From: an uncultured Chloroflexota bacterium
GTDB lineage: Bacteria; Chloroflexota; Limnocylindria; Limnocylindrales; CSP1-4
Length of the DNA stretch: 37,514 nt
Direction: 5' to 3'
Assembly (NCBI GenBank): GCA_903930745.1
Contig: CAIYZX010000150.1
Coordinates: 1 to 37,514, forward strand
The notes beneath the pieces are model-generated. The model was not told the DNA's origin. It was given only the letters and a program-made list of their open reading frames with translations, and ran no database searches. The position numbers were made by a program, and so were the translations under genes. This document shows positions 1 to 8,839 of this stretch, in pieces (position 1 is the stretch's first letter; every line of letters begins with the position of its first letter).

Positions 1-1218
1 CGGGTTGCGGGTGTCGGCGGGCGCGGTGCGCCGGGAGGCGGCCGTTGCAGCGGCGGAGGCCGCCGCCTGGACGGGGCTTCCCTGCGAGGCCGTCGCCTGT
101 GCGGCGATCGTGGATGCCGCCGTGGCCGCACCGGCGCCACCCGGGGCGCCCGTGACCGGGGCGCCGTGCCGGTCCACGTCCTGCGCCACGGTGGTACCGG
201 TCGCCGTGTCGGCGGCGACGGGTCCCGGCACGGGCGCATCGGCGAGCGGGCCGGCGTCGGTGGCGGCGTGCCGGGCAGCGGCCTCCGTGACGGCGGCGCG
301 AGCCGTGGCGGCGGCGGTCTCCGGGATGCGGGACGCGTCCGGGCCGTTGACCTTCGTGGCGTCCCTGCCGGTCGTGGCGCCGGACGCGCTGGCCGCGCCG
401 GACGCGCCGGCCGCGCCGGACGCGCTGGCCGCGCCGGAGGTGGTCATGGTGGCGGAGCTGTCCGCCGCCCCGGTCTCGCCGAGCGCCGCGGCAAGTGCCT
501 CACCGGTCGTGCGACGGGTGGAACCACCCGCCCGCGGTGCGGAGGGAGCGGCAGCCGCAGCTCCGGGCGCGGACTCGGGCGCGCTCGTCGCGGTCGCAGC
601 GGCACCACGCGGAGCGCCCGCCGCCTGATCGGCGGCCGTGGAGGCGACCGGGTCCGTGACGATGATGGGAGTGGCGACAGCCGCGGCGGCGAGGGCCGAC
701 GCGACGCTCGGGGACGCGGTGGCCTGGGTCGCGGTGGTGTCGGACTCGTCGGCGGCGTCCCTGGTCTCGCCATCGGCGGCGGTGCCTGTGCCATCGGCCG
801 GGGCGGCGGCCCCGGTGCCGGCGGCGGTCGCCTGCGCATCGGCGGCGTCAGTCTCCCCTGCGGCATCACTGGAGGCATCGGCACCCGTGGTGTCACCTCG
901 CGCCGCCCGCGGGGCCCTGGCGGCCCTGGTTGCCTCGCGACCCGTGCCGGTCCTGGTGCGCCCGAAGGCGTGCTCGTCGTCGCGGCCGTGGTCCGGCTGC
1001 GGGTCCTCGATGGCCTTGGGCTCCGTGTGGTCCTGCTGCCCGCTGCCGGAGGCGGCGTCCGTTGCAGAAGGTGAGCGATCCGCGGTCGCCGCAAGCACGC
1101 GCCCGAAGTCCGAGCCGGCGCCCCTGGGGCCCGAGGCGGGCGCGTCGCCTGCCGGGAATCGCCCGTCGGCCGCGCGCGGCGCGAGGGCGGAGAGAAGGCT
1201 CGCCACGGGAGCGGTCAT
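1..1218 (-). CDS. 3'-truncated (runs off window) Ala/Thr/Gly/Asp-rich low-complexity protein; positional candidate for hook-length control protein FliK
   Basis: ATG at 1218-1216 overlaps the flgB stop (ATGA). Hand translation MTAPVASLLSALAPRAADGRFPAGDAPASGPRGAGSDFGRVLAATADRSPSATDAASGSGQQDHTE... stays open to base 1; it is absent from the ORF track because there is no stop in the window. Third codon positions are mostly G/C. It occupies the slot fliK has in Gram-positive-type fla operons, but the conserved FliK C-domain would lie outside the window, so function is not shown. Confidence 0.55.
   Translation of the reverse strand, partial: MTAPVASLLSALAPRAADGRFPAGDAPASGPRGAGSDFGRVLAATADRSPSATDAASGSGQQDHTEPKAIEDPQPDHGRDDEHAFGRTRTGTGREATRAARAPRAARGDTTGADASSDAAGETDAADAQATAAGTGAAAPADGTGTAADGETRDAADESDTTATQATASPSVASALAAAAVATPIIVTDPVASTAADQAAGAPRGAAATATSAPESAPGAAAAAPSAPRAGGSTRRTTGEALAAALGETGAADSSATMTTSGAASASGAAGASGAASASGATTGRDATKVNGPDASRIPETAAATARAAVTEAAARHAATDAGPLADAPVPGPVAADTATGTTVAQDVDRHGAPVTGAPGGAGAATAASTIAAQATASQGSPVQAAASAAATAASRRTAPADTRNP
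377..438. repeat. 18-bp tandem repeat, about 3.4 copies (gcgccggacgcg[c/t][c/t]ggcc)
   Basis: Units at 377-394, 395-412 and 413-430, plus a partial unit at 431-438. In frame within the minus-strand low-complexity CDS, giving the hexapeptide repeat SGAA(S/G)A. Confidence 0.85.
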
Positions 1219-1673
1219 CGGGCCACCACGTCCTTCAGCATCTGCAGCTTGCCCGTGAGCATCCGGGAGGTCGCCGCGTACTTGAGCTGGGTCTCGGCCA
1301 GCGTGGTCATCTGGGTGTCGACGTCCACACCGTTCGCGTCCAGTCGCATCTGGAGCGCGGCATTCCCGGACGAGGCGGCGTAGATGGACGGCAGCGTGGA
1401 CTCGCCCGGCACGCCCGGCAGGTGCCCGGCAGCAGCCTGGGCCAGCGCCTCCGAGGCCGGCGGCGGAGTCTGTGGCGGGTTCATCGCAAGCTGCGGAGAC
1501 GCGGCGCCGGCCATCTGGGCGGCCAGCTCCTGCTCGAAGCCCACGCTCACGGCCTTGTAGCCTGGCGTGTCCACGTTGGCGATGTTGGCGGCGATGGCCG
1601 CCTCCCGGGCGGACAGGCCGTTGAGCGCGCCGGTGAGCGCGCGGGTGGCGGGGTCCACGAGCCAGTTGCTCAT
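1215..1673 (-). CDS. flgB: flagellar basal-body rod protein FlgB
   Basis: Internal ATG at 1673 of track ORF 1215..1949; the 92 upstream codons are Arg/Pro-rich read-through into the preceding gene. The N-terminus LSAREAAIAANIANVDTPGYK is the FlgB rod motif, and the C-terminal DANGVDVDTQMTTLAETQLKY is a rod-family motif. ATGA overlap with the upstream gene's stop. Confidence 0.9.
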   Translation of the reverse strand: MSNWLVDPATRALTGALNGLSAREAAIAANIANVDTPGYKAVSVGFEQELAAQMAGAASPQLAMNPPQTPPPASEALAQAAAGHLPGVPGESTLPSIYAASSGNAALQMRLDANGVDVDTQMTTLAETQLKYAATSRMLTGKLQMLKDVVAR

Positions 1674-2953
1674 GCTGCGGCCTCCATGTACCCGGCCCAG
1701 GTGTGCAGGACCCGGTTGACGTAGTGGCGGGTGGTGGGCGAGTTCGGGATGCCTCCCCCTGCGGCGGCGACCGCGCCCTTGCCGGCCTGGTAGGCGGCGA
1801 GGGCCACGTCCACGCGGCCGTAGATCTGGAGGTTGCGGGCGAAGTACCTCGCGCCGGCGCGCAGGTTCTGGGCGGGATCGAACGGATCCGTGACGCCCAG
1901 CGCCTTGGCGTTGGCCGGCATCAGCTGGCAGAGGCCGAGCGCGCCGCACCGGCTGACCGCGTCCGCGTGGAACGACGACTCCGTCCTCACCAGCGAGGCA
2001 AGGAGCAGCGGGTCGATCCCGGCGGCCGTCGCGGCGGCCCGGATCTCGGCGGCGTACGGGATGCCGTCCGCGACGGCGTCGAACCGGGCGAGCGCCGCGG
2101 ACGTGGTGGACGAGACCGCGGCCGAGGGCAGGACGGACGTGTCCAGGGAGCCATCTGCGGCACCCGGGAGGCGGCCTGCGGCCAGGACCGGGAGCGGGTC
2201 CACGTCCCGGCCGCCGACGGTGAGCTCCAGGTGGAGATGCGGGCCCGTGGTGTTGCCGGTCATGCCCACGACGCCCAGGCGGTCGCCGGCGGCGACCCGA
2301 TCGCCCGCCCTGACGTCCAGGCCCGCGGCCAGGTGGGCATACAGGGCCGTGGAGCCATCTGCGTGGCGGACCTTGACCACCACGGCGCCGTCCGGGTAGC
2401 GGCCGGCGAACTCGACGACGCCGGACGCCATCGCGCGCACCGGGGAACCCAGCTCCGCGCCGAAGTCCACCCCATCATGGAAGTGGTCGTAGTGGACGCC
2501 GTTCACGGTGGCGGGCGCCGAGTAGACGGACGCCGTGGGGCCGAAGTCCTGGGTCAGGCGGCCGTCCACGGGCGACGTGACGGCGAGCGGGTCAACCGTG
2601 CCGTAGGCCGAGAAGCCGGCGGTGGCGCCGGCCGAGGCCACCGGGGAGGCGCCGGCCGGGGTGGCGCCCGCCATCGCGAACCGGGTTGCGCCAACACGCG
2701 CGGCCGGCCGGAGCGTCTGCACTGGCGTGGTGCCGTCCGCCCATGGGATCGTCCAGGCGCCGTTCACCGGTCCACCGGAGGCGGACGCCAGCGTCGCGTC
2801 GAAGGTGCCCGTCGCCACGGGTCCCGCACCGCGAACGGCGCCTGCAGCCTGCGCAGGCCCCGAACCGGTCGCGACCGGCTCTGGGGCGCCGGTCGTTCCC
2901 GAAGCCGACTGTGGGCGTCCGGCCACGGCCAGGACACGCTCGGGACCGCTCAC
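1670..2953 (-). CDS. bifunctional peptidoglycan hydrolase: M23/LytM endopeptidase domain + SLT-type lytic transglycosylase domain (flagellar rod-penetration enzyme candidate)
   Basis: GTG start at 2953 overlaps the fliJ stop (GTGA). M23 motifs HDGVD (HxxxD, aa 159-163) and HLH (HxH, aa 239-241). SLT motifs LVRTESSFHADAVSRCGALGLCQLMP and AAYQAG (aa about 320-392). The N-terminal ~120 aa is Ala/Gly/Pro-rich with no hydrophobic signal peptide. Confidence 0.85.
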   Translation of the reverse strand: MSGPERVLAVAGRPQSASGTTGAPEPVATGSGPAQAAGAVRGAGPVATGTFDATLASASGGPVNGAWTIPWADGTTPVQTLRPAARVGATRFAMAGATPAGASPVASAGATAGFSAYGTVDPLAVTSPVDGRLTQDFGPTASVYSAPATVNGVHYDHFHDGVDFGAELGSPVRAMASGVVEFAGRYPDGAVVVKVRHADGSTALYAHLAAGLDVRAGDRVAAGDRLGVVGMTGNTTGPHLHLELTVGGRDVDPLPVLAAGRLPGAADGSLDTSVLPSAAVSSTTSAALARFDAVADGIPYAAEIRAAATAAGIDPLLLASLVRTESSFHADAVSRCGALGLCQLMPANAKALGVTDPFDPAQNLRAGARYFARNLQIYGRVDVALAAYQAGKGAVAAAGGGIPNSPTTRHYVNRVLHTWAGYMEAAA

Positions 2954-3408
2954 TTCTCGCCTCCCGAGACCACGCCGCGGGCGTGCCGGACGCCGGCGAG
3001 CTCGGACAGGGTGGCGTCCTCGACCCGCTGGGCCTCGAGGATCTCGGCATGGCGCATGCGGTCGCGGAGTCGCTCCACCACCTCGCGGCGCTTGGTGGCC
3101 TCGGCCAGCGTGGAGCGCGCCTCGAAGAGGTCCGTCGCCTTCAGCTCTGCGGCGTCACGGCCAAGCCTCGTCTCGTGCTCGGCGAACTCCACGCGCCGGA
3201 TCGAGGCGACGATGTCGCCGGCGAACGCCCCGGTCGCCTCCAGCGCGGTGAGGGCGCTGCGGGACTCCTCCTCGCGGGCCTTGAGGCGGGCAACGATCTC
3301 GAGGGCCTTGCGGTGCTCGTCCAGGGCGGTGGCGAGCCGGGCACGCGCCGCATCCTCCGCCATCTCGCGGAGGCGGAGCACGACGGCCAGGCGGAACGCG
3401 CCGGTCAC
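2950..3408 (-). CDS. fliJ: flagellar export chaperone/stalk protein FliJ
   Basis: 152 aa, highly charged Arg/Glu/Ala coiled-coil-like sequence (RLREMAEDAARARLATALDEHRKALE...). Lies immediately downstream of fliI with a GTGA overlap. Size and position are typical of FliJ. Confidence 0.75.
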   Translation of the reverse strand: MTGAFRLAVVLRLREMAEDAARARLATALDEHRKALEIVARLKAREEESRSALTALEATGAFAGDIVASIRRVEFAEHETRLGRDAAELKATDLFEARSTLAEATKRREVVERLRDRMRHAEILEAQRVEDATLSELAGVRHARGVVSGGEK

Positions 3409-4757
3409 CGGGCCACCCCGGCACCGCCGGCCGGCTCAAGCAGCCCGATGGCCTCCATCGCGCCCACCACCGTCCCAACGTCGCCGGTCTCGCCCGCGTC
3501 CTGGCGGAGGAGCTCGTCGATGTCCGGCTTGAGCCGGATGGAGCGGTCGATGGCAACGGACGAGCCGGGTGCGTACGCTCCGACCTCGATCAGGTCCTTG
3601 GCGCCCTCGTACTCGGCGAGGGCCGCGCGCAGGGAGCCCGCGAGGCGGCGGTGGTGGTCCGTGGTGATGGACGGCATGACGCGCGACACCGATGCCAGCA
3701 CGTCGATCGCCGGGTAGTGGTTGCGCTCCGCGAGGGAGCGGGTCAGGACGATGTGCCCGTCGAGGATGGACCGGACGGTGTCCGCCACCGGCTCGTTGAA
3801 GTCGTCGCCTTCCACGAGGACCGTGAAGAAGCCCGTGATGGTCCCCTCGTCGCCCGAGCCCGCACGCTCGAGCAGGCGCGGCAGGTACGAGAAGACGCTC
3901 GGCGGGTAGCCGCGCAGGGCCGGGGGCTCGCCCGCGGCGAGGCCGATCTCGCGCTGGGCCATGGCCAGCCGGGTCACGGAGTCCATGAGGAGCGTGACGT
4001 CCTCGCCGTCGTCGCGGAAGGCCTCGGCGATGGCCATGGCCACCTCGGCCGCCTTGAGGCGCAGGAGGGCCGGCTGGTCGGACGTGGCGACGACCACCAC
4101 GGAGCGCGCGAGGCCCTCGGGGCCCAGCTGCTCGTCGATGAACTCCTGGACCTCGCGGCCACGCTCGCCGATGAGCGCGATCACGTTGGCGTCCGTGGAG
4201 CTGTGGCGGGCGATCATGCCCAGCAGCGTGGACTTGCCCACGCCGGAACCCGCGAAGATGCCCATGCGCTGGCCCATGCCGGTGGTCAGCAGGCCGTCGA
4301 TGGCGCGCACGCCGGTTGACATGGTGCGCGTGATGCGCGCCCGGGCCAGCGGATCCGGCGTGGAGGCGGCCATGACGCGCACGTCCGCGTGGAGCGGGCC
4401 CTTGTCGTCGATCGGGCGGCCGAAGCCGTCCAGCACGCGGCCCAGGACACCGCGGCCCACCGGCACGCGGAACTGCTGCTCGCGGAGGCGGACCGGGGAG
4501 CCCGGCTGCACGCCCGCGATGTCACCGAACGGCACCAGCGTGATGCGCTGGTCGCGGAAGCCCACCACCTCGGCGCTGACCGGGATGTCGCCCTCGAGGT
4601 CCACCCAGCAGATGGAGCCCAGGCGGACGGTGAGCCCGGCGGCCTCGATGGTGTTGCCCACGACACGCGTGACGGAGCCCGTCGCGTGCACGGTGGTCGC
4701 GGACGACACCGCGCGGCGCAGGTGGCCCAGGAGCGGAGGGTGCGGCCGGCCGTTCAT
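3405..4757 (-). CDS. fliI: flagellum-specific ATPase FliI
   Basis: 450 aa. Walker A GSGVGKSTLLGMIAR, Walker B-like VTLLMDSVTRLAMAQREIGLAAGEPP, and F1/T3SS-ATPase family signatures throughout. Confidence 0.95.
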   Translation of the reverse strand: MNGRPHPPLLGHLRRAVSSATTVHATGSVTRVVGNTIEAAGLTVRLGSICWVDLEGDIPVSAEVVGFRDQRITLVPFGDIAGVQPGSPVRLREQQFRVPVGRGVLGRVLDGFGRPIDDKGPLHADVRVMAASTPDPLARARITRTMSTGVRAIDGLLTTGMGQRMGIFAGSGVGKSTLLGMIARHSSTDANVIALIGERGREVQEFIDEQLGPEGLARSVVVVATSDQPALLRLKAAEVAMAIAEAFRDDGEDVTLLMDSVTRLAMAQREIGLAAGEPPALRGYPPSVFSYLPRLLERAGSGDEGTITGFFTVLVEGDDFNEPVADTVRSILDGHIVLTRSLAERNHYPAIDVLASVSRVMPSITTDHHRRLAGSLRAALAEYEGAKDLIEVGAYAPGSSVAIDRSIRLKPDIDELLRQDAGETGDVGTVVGAMEAIGLLEPAGGAGVAR

Positions 4758-5656
4758 GCGAGCTCCTCCGGGCCAAGGTCGAGCCCCAGGCTCGCCAGGG
4801 CCTCGAGGTCGAGCGCCGCCGGGTCGAAGCCGGCGGCGGCCACGAGCTCCGCGAGGGGGTCCGCGGCTGCCTCGGGGTCGGGTGATGGGGCCGCCAGGTG
4901 CGCGGTGGGCGCGAGGCCCGCGGCGCCGGCCGGGCGGAGCGTGGGGACGGCAGCCGCGACCGGCTCCTGCGTGGACGACGCGGCGGCATCCGTGCCGGGC
5001 CCCAGCGCGGCGCCGATGTAGCCCGGGATCGCGGCGTCAAGCGCGGCGGCCACCTCGGCCAGCTGGTCCTCGAACCCGGCCTCCACGAAGCCGTGCTCCG
5101 TGCGGAGGCGGCAGCCGCCCACGGGGAGCGTGGGATCTGCGGAGAAGGCCCACGTGAAGCCGCGATGGCGGGCGCCGTGCCGCGCGGTCCACGCCTGCTC
5201 CACGGCCTGCACGGCGGACGGGTGGAGCTCAACGGTGATGACGGAAGCGCCGGCGGTCTGGCGCATGCCGGCCTCGATGGCCGCCACGAGGACCGCCGGG
5301 TCATGGCGCAGCTCCGCGGCCAGGATCCGGCGCGCCACCAGGACGGCCAGCTCCGCCACGGTCCGGGCCACCATCTCCACGTCGCGCGGGACCGCGGTCT
5401 CCAGCGCACGGGACATGCCCTGCGTTGCGGCGATGATGCCGTTGAACTGCTGCTCGGCCATCGTGCGGCCGTCCGCGTAGCCGCGCTCCATGGCCTGGCG
5501 CTGGGCCTCGTCGATGCGGGCGAGCACCACGGGGTGCGCCATGGGGTCCTCGGGCAGATCCCGCGCCTGCTCCGGGCGTGCCGGAACGCCGACGGGCCCC
5601 TTCCAGGGCTCGCCGGCGCGCCTCGACGCCTTCCCGGAGAGGACGCGCTCAGACAT
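4754..5656 (-). CDS. fliH: flagellar assembly protein FliH
   Basis: 300 aa between fliG and fliI, overlapping both. The central region (EAQRQAMERGYADG...VARTVAELAVLVARRILAAELRHDPAVL...VELHPS) resembles the FliH/T3SS stator family. The C-terminal ~70 aa is Ala/Pro-rich. Confidence 0.75.
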   Translation of the reverse strand: MSERVLSGKASRRAGEPWKGPVGVPARPEQARDLPEDPMAHPVVLARIDEAQRQAMERGYADGRTMAEQQFNGIIAATQGMSRALETAVPRDVEMVARTVAELAVLVARRILAAELRHDPAVLVAAIEAGMRQTAGASVITVELHPSAVQAVEQAWTARHGARHRGFTWAFSADPTLPVGGCRLRTEHGFVEAGFEDQLAEVAAALDAAIPGYIGAALGPGTDAAASSTQEPVAAAVPTLRPAGAAGLAPTAHLAAPSPDPEAAADPLAELVAAAGFDPAALDLEALASLGLDLGPEELA

Positions 5657-6710
5657 ATTCCTCGTCGCCCGTCGGGATCGTGATCTTGTGCTCTTCGTGC
5701 AGCCTTCGGACCACGACGACGATGTCGTCCTGCTCCTTGATGATCGTGGACCTCGGGGTCTTCTTGCCGGTCTCCATCTCCTCGACGAGCTGCTCGCGCA
5801 CGCGGACGGACACGGCGCCCATGAACGCCTCCTTCAGCGCGCGGTCGGCTCCACGCAGCGCCGTCGCAAGGTTGTCCAGCTGGATCTCGCGAGCGATCGT
5901 GGCAATGTCGTTCCGGTCGAGCTTGATGATGTCGTCGAAGACGAACATCTTCTTGCGGACGTCGGCGGCCAGGCCCGGATCCCGCCGTTCGATGTCCTCG
6001 AGGATCGCCTTGGACGCGCTCTGGTCGATGTTGTTCAGGACCTGCGCGAGGGCGTCGTTTCCGCCGACGCGGGCCGTGGCCGCCTGCTCGTTGCGCAGCA
6101 CGCGCACACGGATGCCGTCCTCCAGCTGCGCGATCGCGGCCTCCGGCAGGTCCCGGTCGCCCGTGGCGGCGATGCGCTCCGCCACGTCGTACGACAGGTC
6201 CGGCGGCAGGAGACCCAGCACGTTGGCCGCGTGGCGCGCCTCGAGATGGGCGAGGACGATGGCGATCGTCTGCGGGTGCTCCTGCTGGAGGTGGGCGGCG
6301 ACCTGGTCGTCGGTGACCTTCGTGAGGAACTCGAAGCGCTTGCGCTGCTGCTTCTGGACCACGCGGTCCATGAGCGCGATGCCCCTGTCCTCGCCGAACG
6401 CCTCCACGAAGAGGTCGAAGGCGTAGGACTGGCCTCCCTCCATGTCGCCCATCTCGGAGAACAGGCCGCTGTACGCCTCCTCGAGGATGAAGGCCCTGTG
6501 CTCGGCGGGAACGCTGCGGATCTGGAAGATCTCCGCGGCGATCTTCTCCTGCAGCTCCGTGTCAGATCCCGCGAGCGCCTTCATGATGGATGCCGCCGGA
6601 CCCGTCCCGATGGTGATCATCAGGTAGGCAACCTTGCGGAGCCCCGTCATCGAGGGAATGGGCGCGTGCGCCGGCACCGGCGCGACCTGGGGAGTGGGCA
6701 GTTCGGTCAT
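5649..6710 (-). CDS. fliG: flagellar motor switch protein FliG
   Basis: 353 aa. KVAYLMITIGTGPAASIMKAL N-domain, conserved MFVFDDI motif, and C-terminal torque-helix region (LRGADRALKEAFMGAVSVRVREQLVEEME). Confidence 0.95.
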   Translation of the reverse strand: MTELPTPQVAPVPAHAPIPSMTGLRKVAYLMITIGTGPAASIMKALAGSDTELQEKIAAEIFQIRSVPAEHRAFILEEAYSGLFSEMGDMEGGQSYAFDLFVEAFGEDRGIALMDRVVQKQQRKRFEFLTKVTDDQVAAHLQQEHPQTIAIVLAHLEARHAANVLGLLPPDLSYDVAERIAATGDRDLPEAAIAQLEDGIRVRVLRNEQAATARVGGNDALAQVLNNIDQSASKAILEDIERRDPGLAADVRKKMFVFDDIIKLDRNDIATIAREIQLDNLATALRGADRALKEAFMGAVSVRVREQLVEEMETGKKTPRSTIIKEQDDIVVVVRRLHEEHKITIPTGDEEYV

Positions 6711-6734
6711 CTGGTGGTCTCAGGGCGGCCGCGC

Positions 6735-8378
6735 CTAGCGGCGCCGCCGGTTCTCGTCTTCGTTGAGCCAGGCCCGCGCCATGCGAGCGACGGGCTCCGG
6801 GTTCTGGCCGGCCACGTTCTGGATGTGCTCCAGGGCGCGCTGCTGGGCGGACGGCGGCGCCGGAGCCTCCGGGATCTCGCCGTAGCCGCCGGCGCCAAGG
6901 GCGGCGAAGGACATGTCCCCGGCGCCCAGGGCGGCCATCGGCATGCGCGCGGCGGACAGCTGCATCTCCTCGGCGCGGCGGCCGAGGGCACGCATGTTGC
7001 GCCAGGCGAGGAAGAGCAGCGCGGCAAGGGCGAGGCCGCCGCCCACCTGCGGCAGCACGCCGCCCACGGTCTCCATGATCCCCGCGGACTCGGCCGCAAC
7101 GGCGGTGGCGTCCTTGGCGGGGTCGTAGAAGGCCACCGGCTGGACTTGCAGGCAGTTGGCGTCCGCGACGCAGCCGCCCTTGTCGTCCAGCTGCAGCGAC
7201 GCGATGCCCGCGGTTGCGGCGATGGCGTTCGTGAGGCTGGCGGAGTCAACGCCCTGGGCCTGCAGCGCCGCCTGGTCCAGCAGGACCGCGACGGAGACGC
7301 GCTTCACGGTGCCCGGCATGCTGATGATCTGCTGGACGGTCTGGGTGTTGGCCCAGTTGACCGTGGTGGTGTGCTTCACGTAGGTGTCGGGGCCGATCGA
7401 CGCCGAGGGTGCCGCCGACGCCGAGGGGTCCGGCGACGCCGAGGCGTTGGGGTAGGTGATCCCGGCCACGTTGGAGGCCGTGCCCGCGATGCCGCCCGCG
7501 GCCGCGGCCGCATCCTGGCCCTGCAGCTCGACGCTGTCCTGGGCGGAGGTGGGCGCGCCCTGCTCGATCCTCGTGACCTGTTCGGTGATCTTCTGGAGGT
7601 CCACGTCCGCGCTCACGGCGACCTGGCTGTGGCCCGCACCGAGCGTGGCATTCAGGAGGGCGGTCACCTTGTTCGCGATGTCGCGCTCGATGGTGGCCTT
7701 GATCGTGACGGCATCGCCGGCGGCGGTTGACGGCCCGTGGAGCGTGGTGCCGTTGGCGTCCACCACCGTCACGTTGTCCGGGGAGAGCTTCGCCACGGCA
7801 CCGGAGACCAGCGCCACGATGCCCGTCACCTGGTCGCCGGACGGCTGCCCGCCGCCCGCCATCTTGATCCACACGGACGCGCTGGCGGGCTGGTCGTTGG
7901 AGGCAAGCGTGCCGGTCTTGGCCGGGACGATGGTCACGGATGCGTCGGAGACGCCACGGATGCTCTTGATCTTGCCGGTCAGGTCGCCCTGTAGCGCACG
8001 CTGGTACTTGACCTGCTGGTCGAACTCGGTGGCGCCGAAGCCCTGCTGGTCGAACATCCCGAACCCGGTGCTTGAGCCGTCCGCGGTGTAGCCGGCGTCG
8101 CTGGCGGCGATCTTGGCGCGGGCGGCATCCGCCGCGGCCACCTTGATCGTGGCCCCGCCATCGGCGAGGTCGTACTCGATCCCGGCGCCGTCGAGGGCGG
8201 CCGTGACGGTGGAGGCTGACTGCATGTCCAGGCCGCCGAACGCCACGACCATCTGCGGCTGCCCGGCCCACATCACGAGACCCACGAGCAGCAGCACGGA
8301 GAAGAGGGCACCGAAGACGATGCCGATCCGCTGGCTGATCGTAAGGGTCCGGACGAGGGAGACGAGCTGGTCGATCAT
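6735..8378 (-). CDS. fliF: flagellar MS-ring protein FliF
   Basis: 547 aa. N-terminal TM IGIVFGALFSVLLLVGLVMW, a second TM GGLALAALLFLAWRNM near the C-terminus, and typical FliF periplasmic ring-building motifs in between. Confidence 0.93.
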   Translation of the reverse strand: MIDQLVSLVRTLTISQRIGIVFGALFSVLLLVGLVMWAGQPQMVVAFGGLDMQSASTVTAALDGAGIEYDLADGGATIKVAAADAARAKIAASDAGYTADGSSTGFGMFDQQGFGATEFDQQVKYQRALQGDLTGKIKSIRGVSDASVTIVPAKTGTLASNDQPASASVWIKMAGGGQPSGDQVTGIVALVSGAVAKLSPDNVTVVDANGTTLHGPSTAAGDAVTIKATIERDIANKVTALLNATLGAGHSQVAVSADVDLQKITEQVTRIEQGAPTSAQDSVELQGQDAAAAAGGIAGTASNVAGITYPNASASPDPSASAAPSASIGPDTYVKHTTTVNWANTQTVQQIISMPGTVKRVSVAVLLDQAALQAQGVDSASLTNAIAATAGIASLQLDDKGGCVADANCLQVQPVAFYDPAKDATAVAAESAGIMETVGGVLPQVGGGLALAALLFLAWRNMRALGRRAEEMQLSAARMPMAALGAGDMSFAALGAGGYGEIPEAPAPPSAQQRALEHIQNVAGQNPEPVARMARAWLNEDENRRRR

Positions 8379-8414
8379 GGTGGTTCAGGCCTCTGGGCGA
8401 ACGACGGGGGACCG

Positions 8415-8837
8415 TCAGATCTGCAGGCGCATCAGCTCCTGGTAGGCCTCGAGCAGCTTGTCGCGGACGGCGATGCCGGTCTTGAGACCGATCGACGCCT
8501 GCTGCAGCTCGAGCATCACGGTGTGGAGGTCGGCGGAGCCACCGGAGGCGAAGCTCGCCATCGACGCGTCCGCGGAGTTGAGCTGGGCGTTGAGGTTGCC
8601 CAGAGCGTCACCCAGCGAGTCCAGGAAGGACCCGCCGGCGGGGGAGGGCTCGGTGCCGCCGGAGATGCCGGTGATCCCCGCCGTGCCGTTGACGCCGCCG
8701 ATGGACGAGACGCCGCCCGCCGCCCCGGGGGCCGCAGCGCCGGCTGCACCCGCGACGGAGCCCGCGCCGCCGAGGGCGGCCGAACCCGTCGTCCGGAGCA
8801 GCGAGGAGATCCCGCCGAGCGGATCGATCGCGGCCAT
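8415..8837 (-). CDS. fliE: flagellar hook-basal body complex protein FliE
   Basis: 140 aa. The C-terminal FLDSLGDALGNLNAQLNSADASMASFASGGSADLHTVMLELQQASIGLKTGIAVRDKLLEAYQELMRLQI matches the FliE family. The Gly/Ala-rich N-terminus is longer than usual. Confidence 0.88.
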   Translation of the reverse strand: MAAIDPLGGISSLLRTTGSAALGGAGSVAGAAGAAAPGAAGGVSSIGGVNGTAGITGISGGTEPSPAGGSFLDSLGDALGNLNAQLNSADASMASFASGGSADLHTVMLELQQASIGLKTGIAVRDKLLEAYQELMRLQI

Positions 8838-8839
8838 CG

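Noticed and set aside
166-1094. ORFs 5..628 +, 166..1074 + (GRAGRAGRAG repeats), 444..1094 - (Pro/Arg-rich), 638..1258 +
   Set aside because: All are alternative frames of the same low-complexity region. Only the minus frame starting at 1218 is overlap-coupled to flgB, and it has no stop to the window edge. The GRAG peptide repeat is the 18-bp DNA repeat read in another frame.
1674-1949. Upstream extensions of several track ORFs (flgB 1674-1949, flgC 9245-9412, cheY 12959-13375, GGDEF 21197-21385, cheX 21893-22003, cheW 21427-21450)
   Set aside because: The extensions overlap neighbouring genes or intergenic DNA and are Arg/Pro-rich. In each case an internal start has a Shine-Dalgarno or a 4-nt overlap with the preceding stop, at the point where the family N-terminus begins.
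5490-7730. 746-aa plus-strand ORF (also 1703..3532 +609 aa, 3961..5157 +398 aa, 7246..8271 -341 aa) overlapping fliG/fliF/fliI/fliJ
   Set aside because: These are Arg/Gly/Asp/His-rich shadow frames antisense or out of phase to genes with unmistakable flagellar motifs. They carry no family motifs, and long stop-free frames are expected at this GC content.
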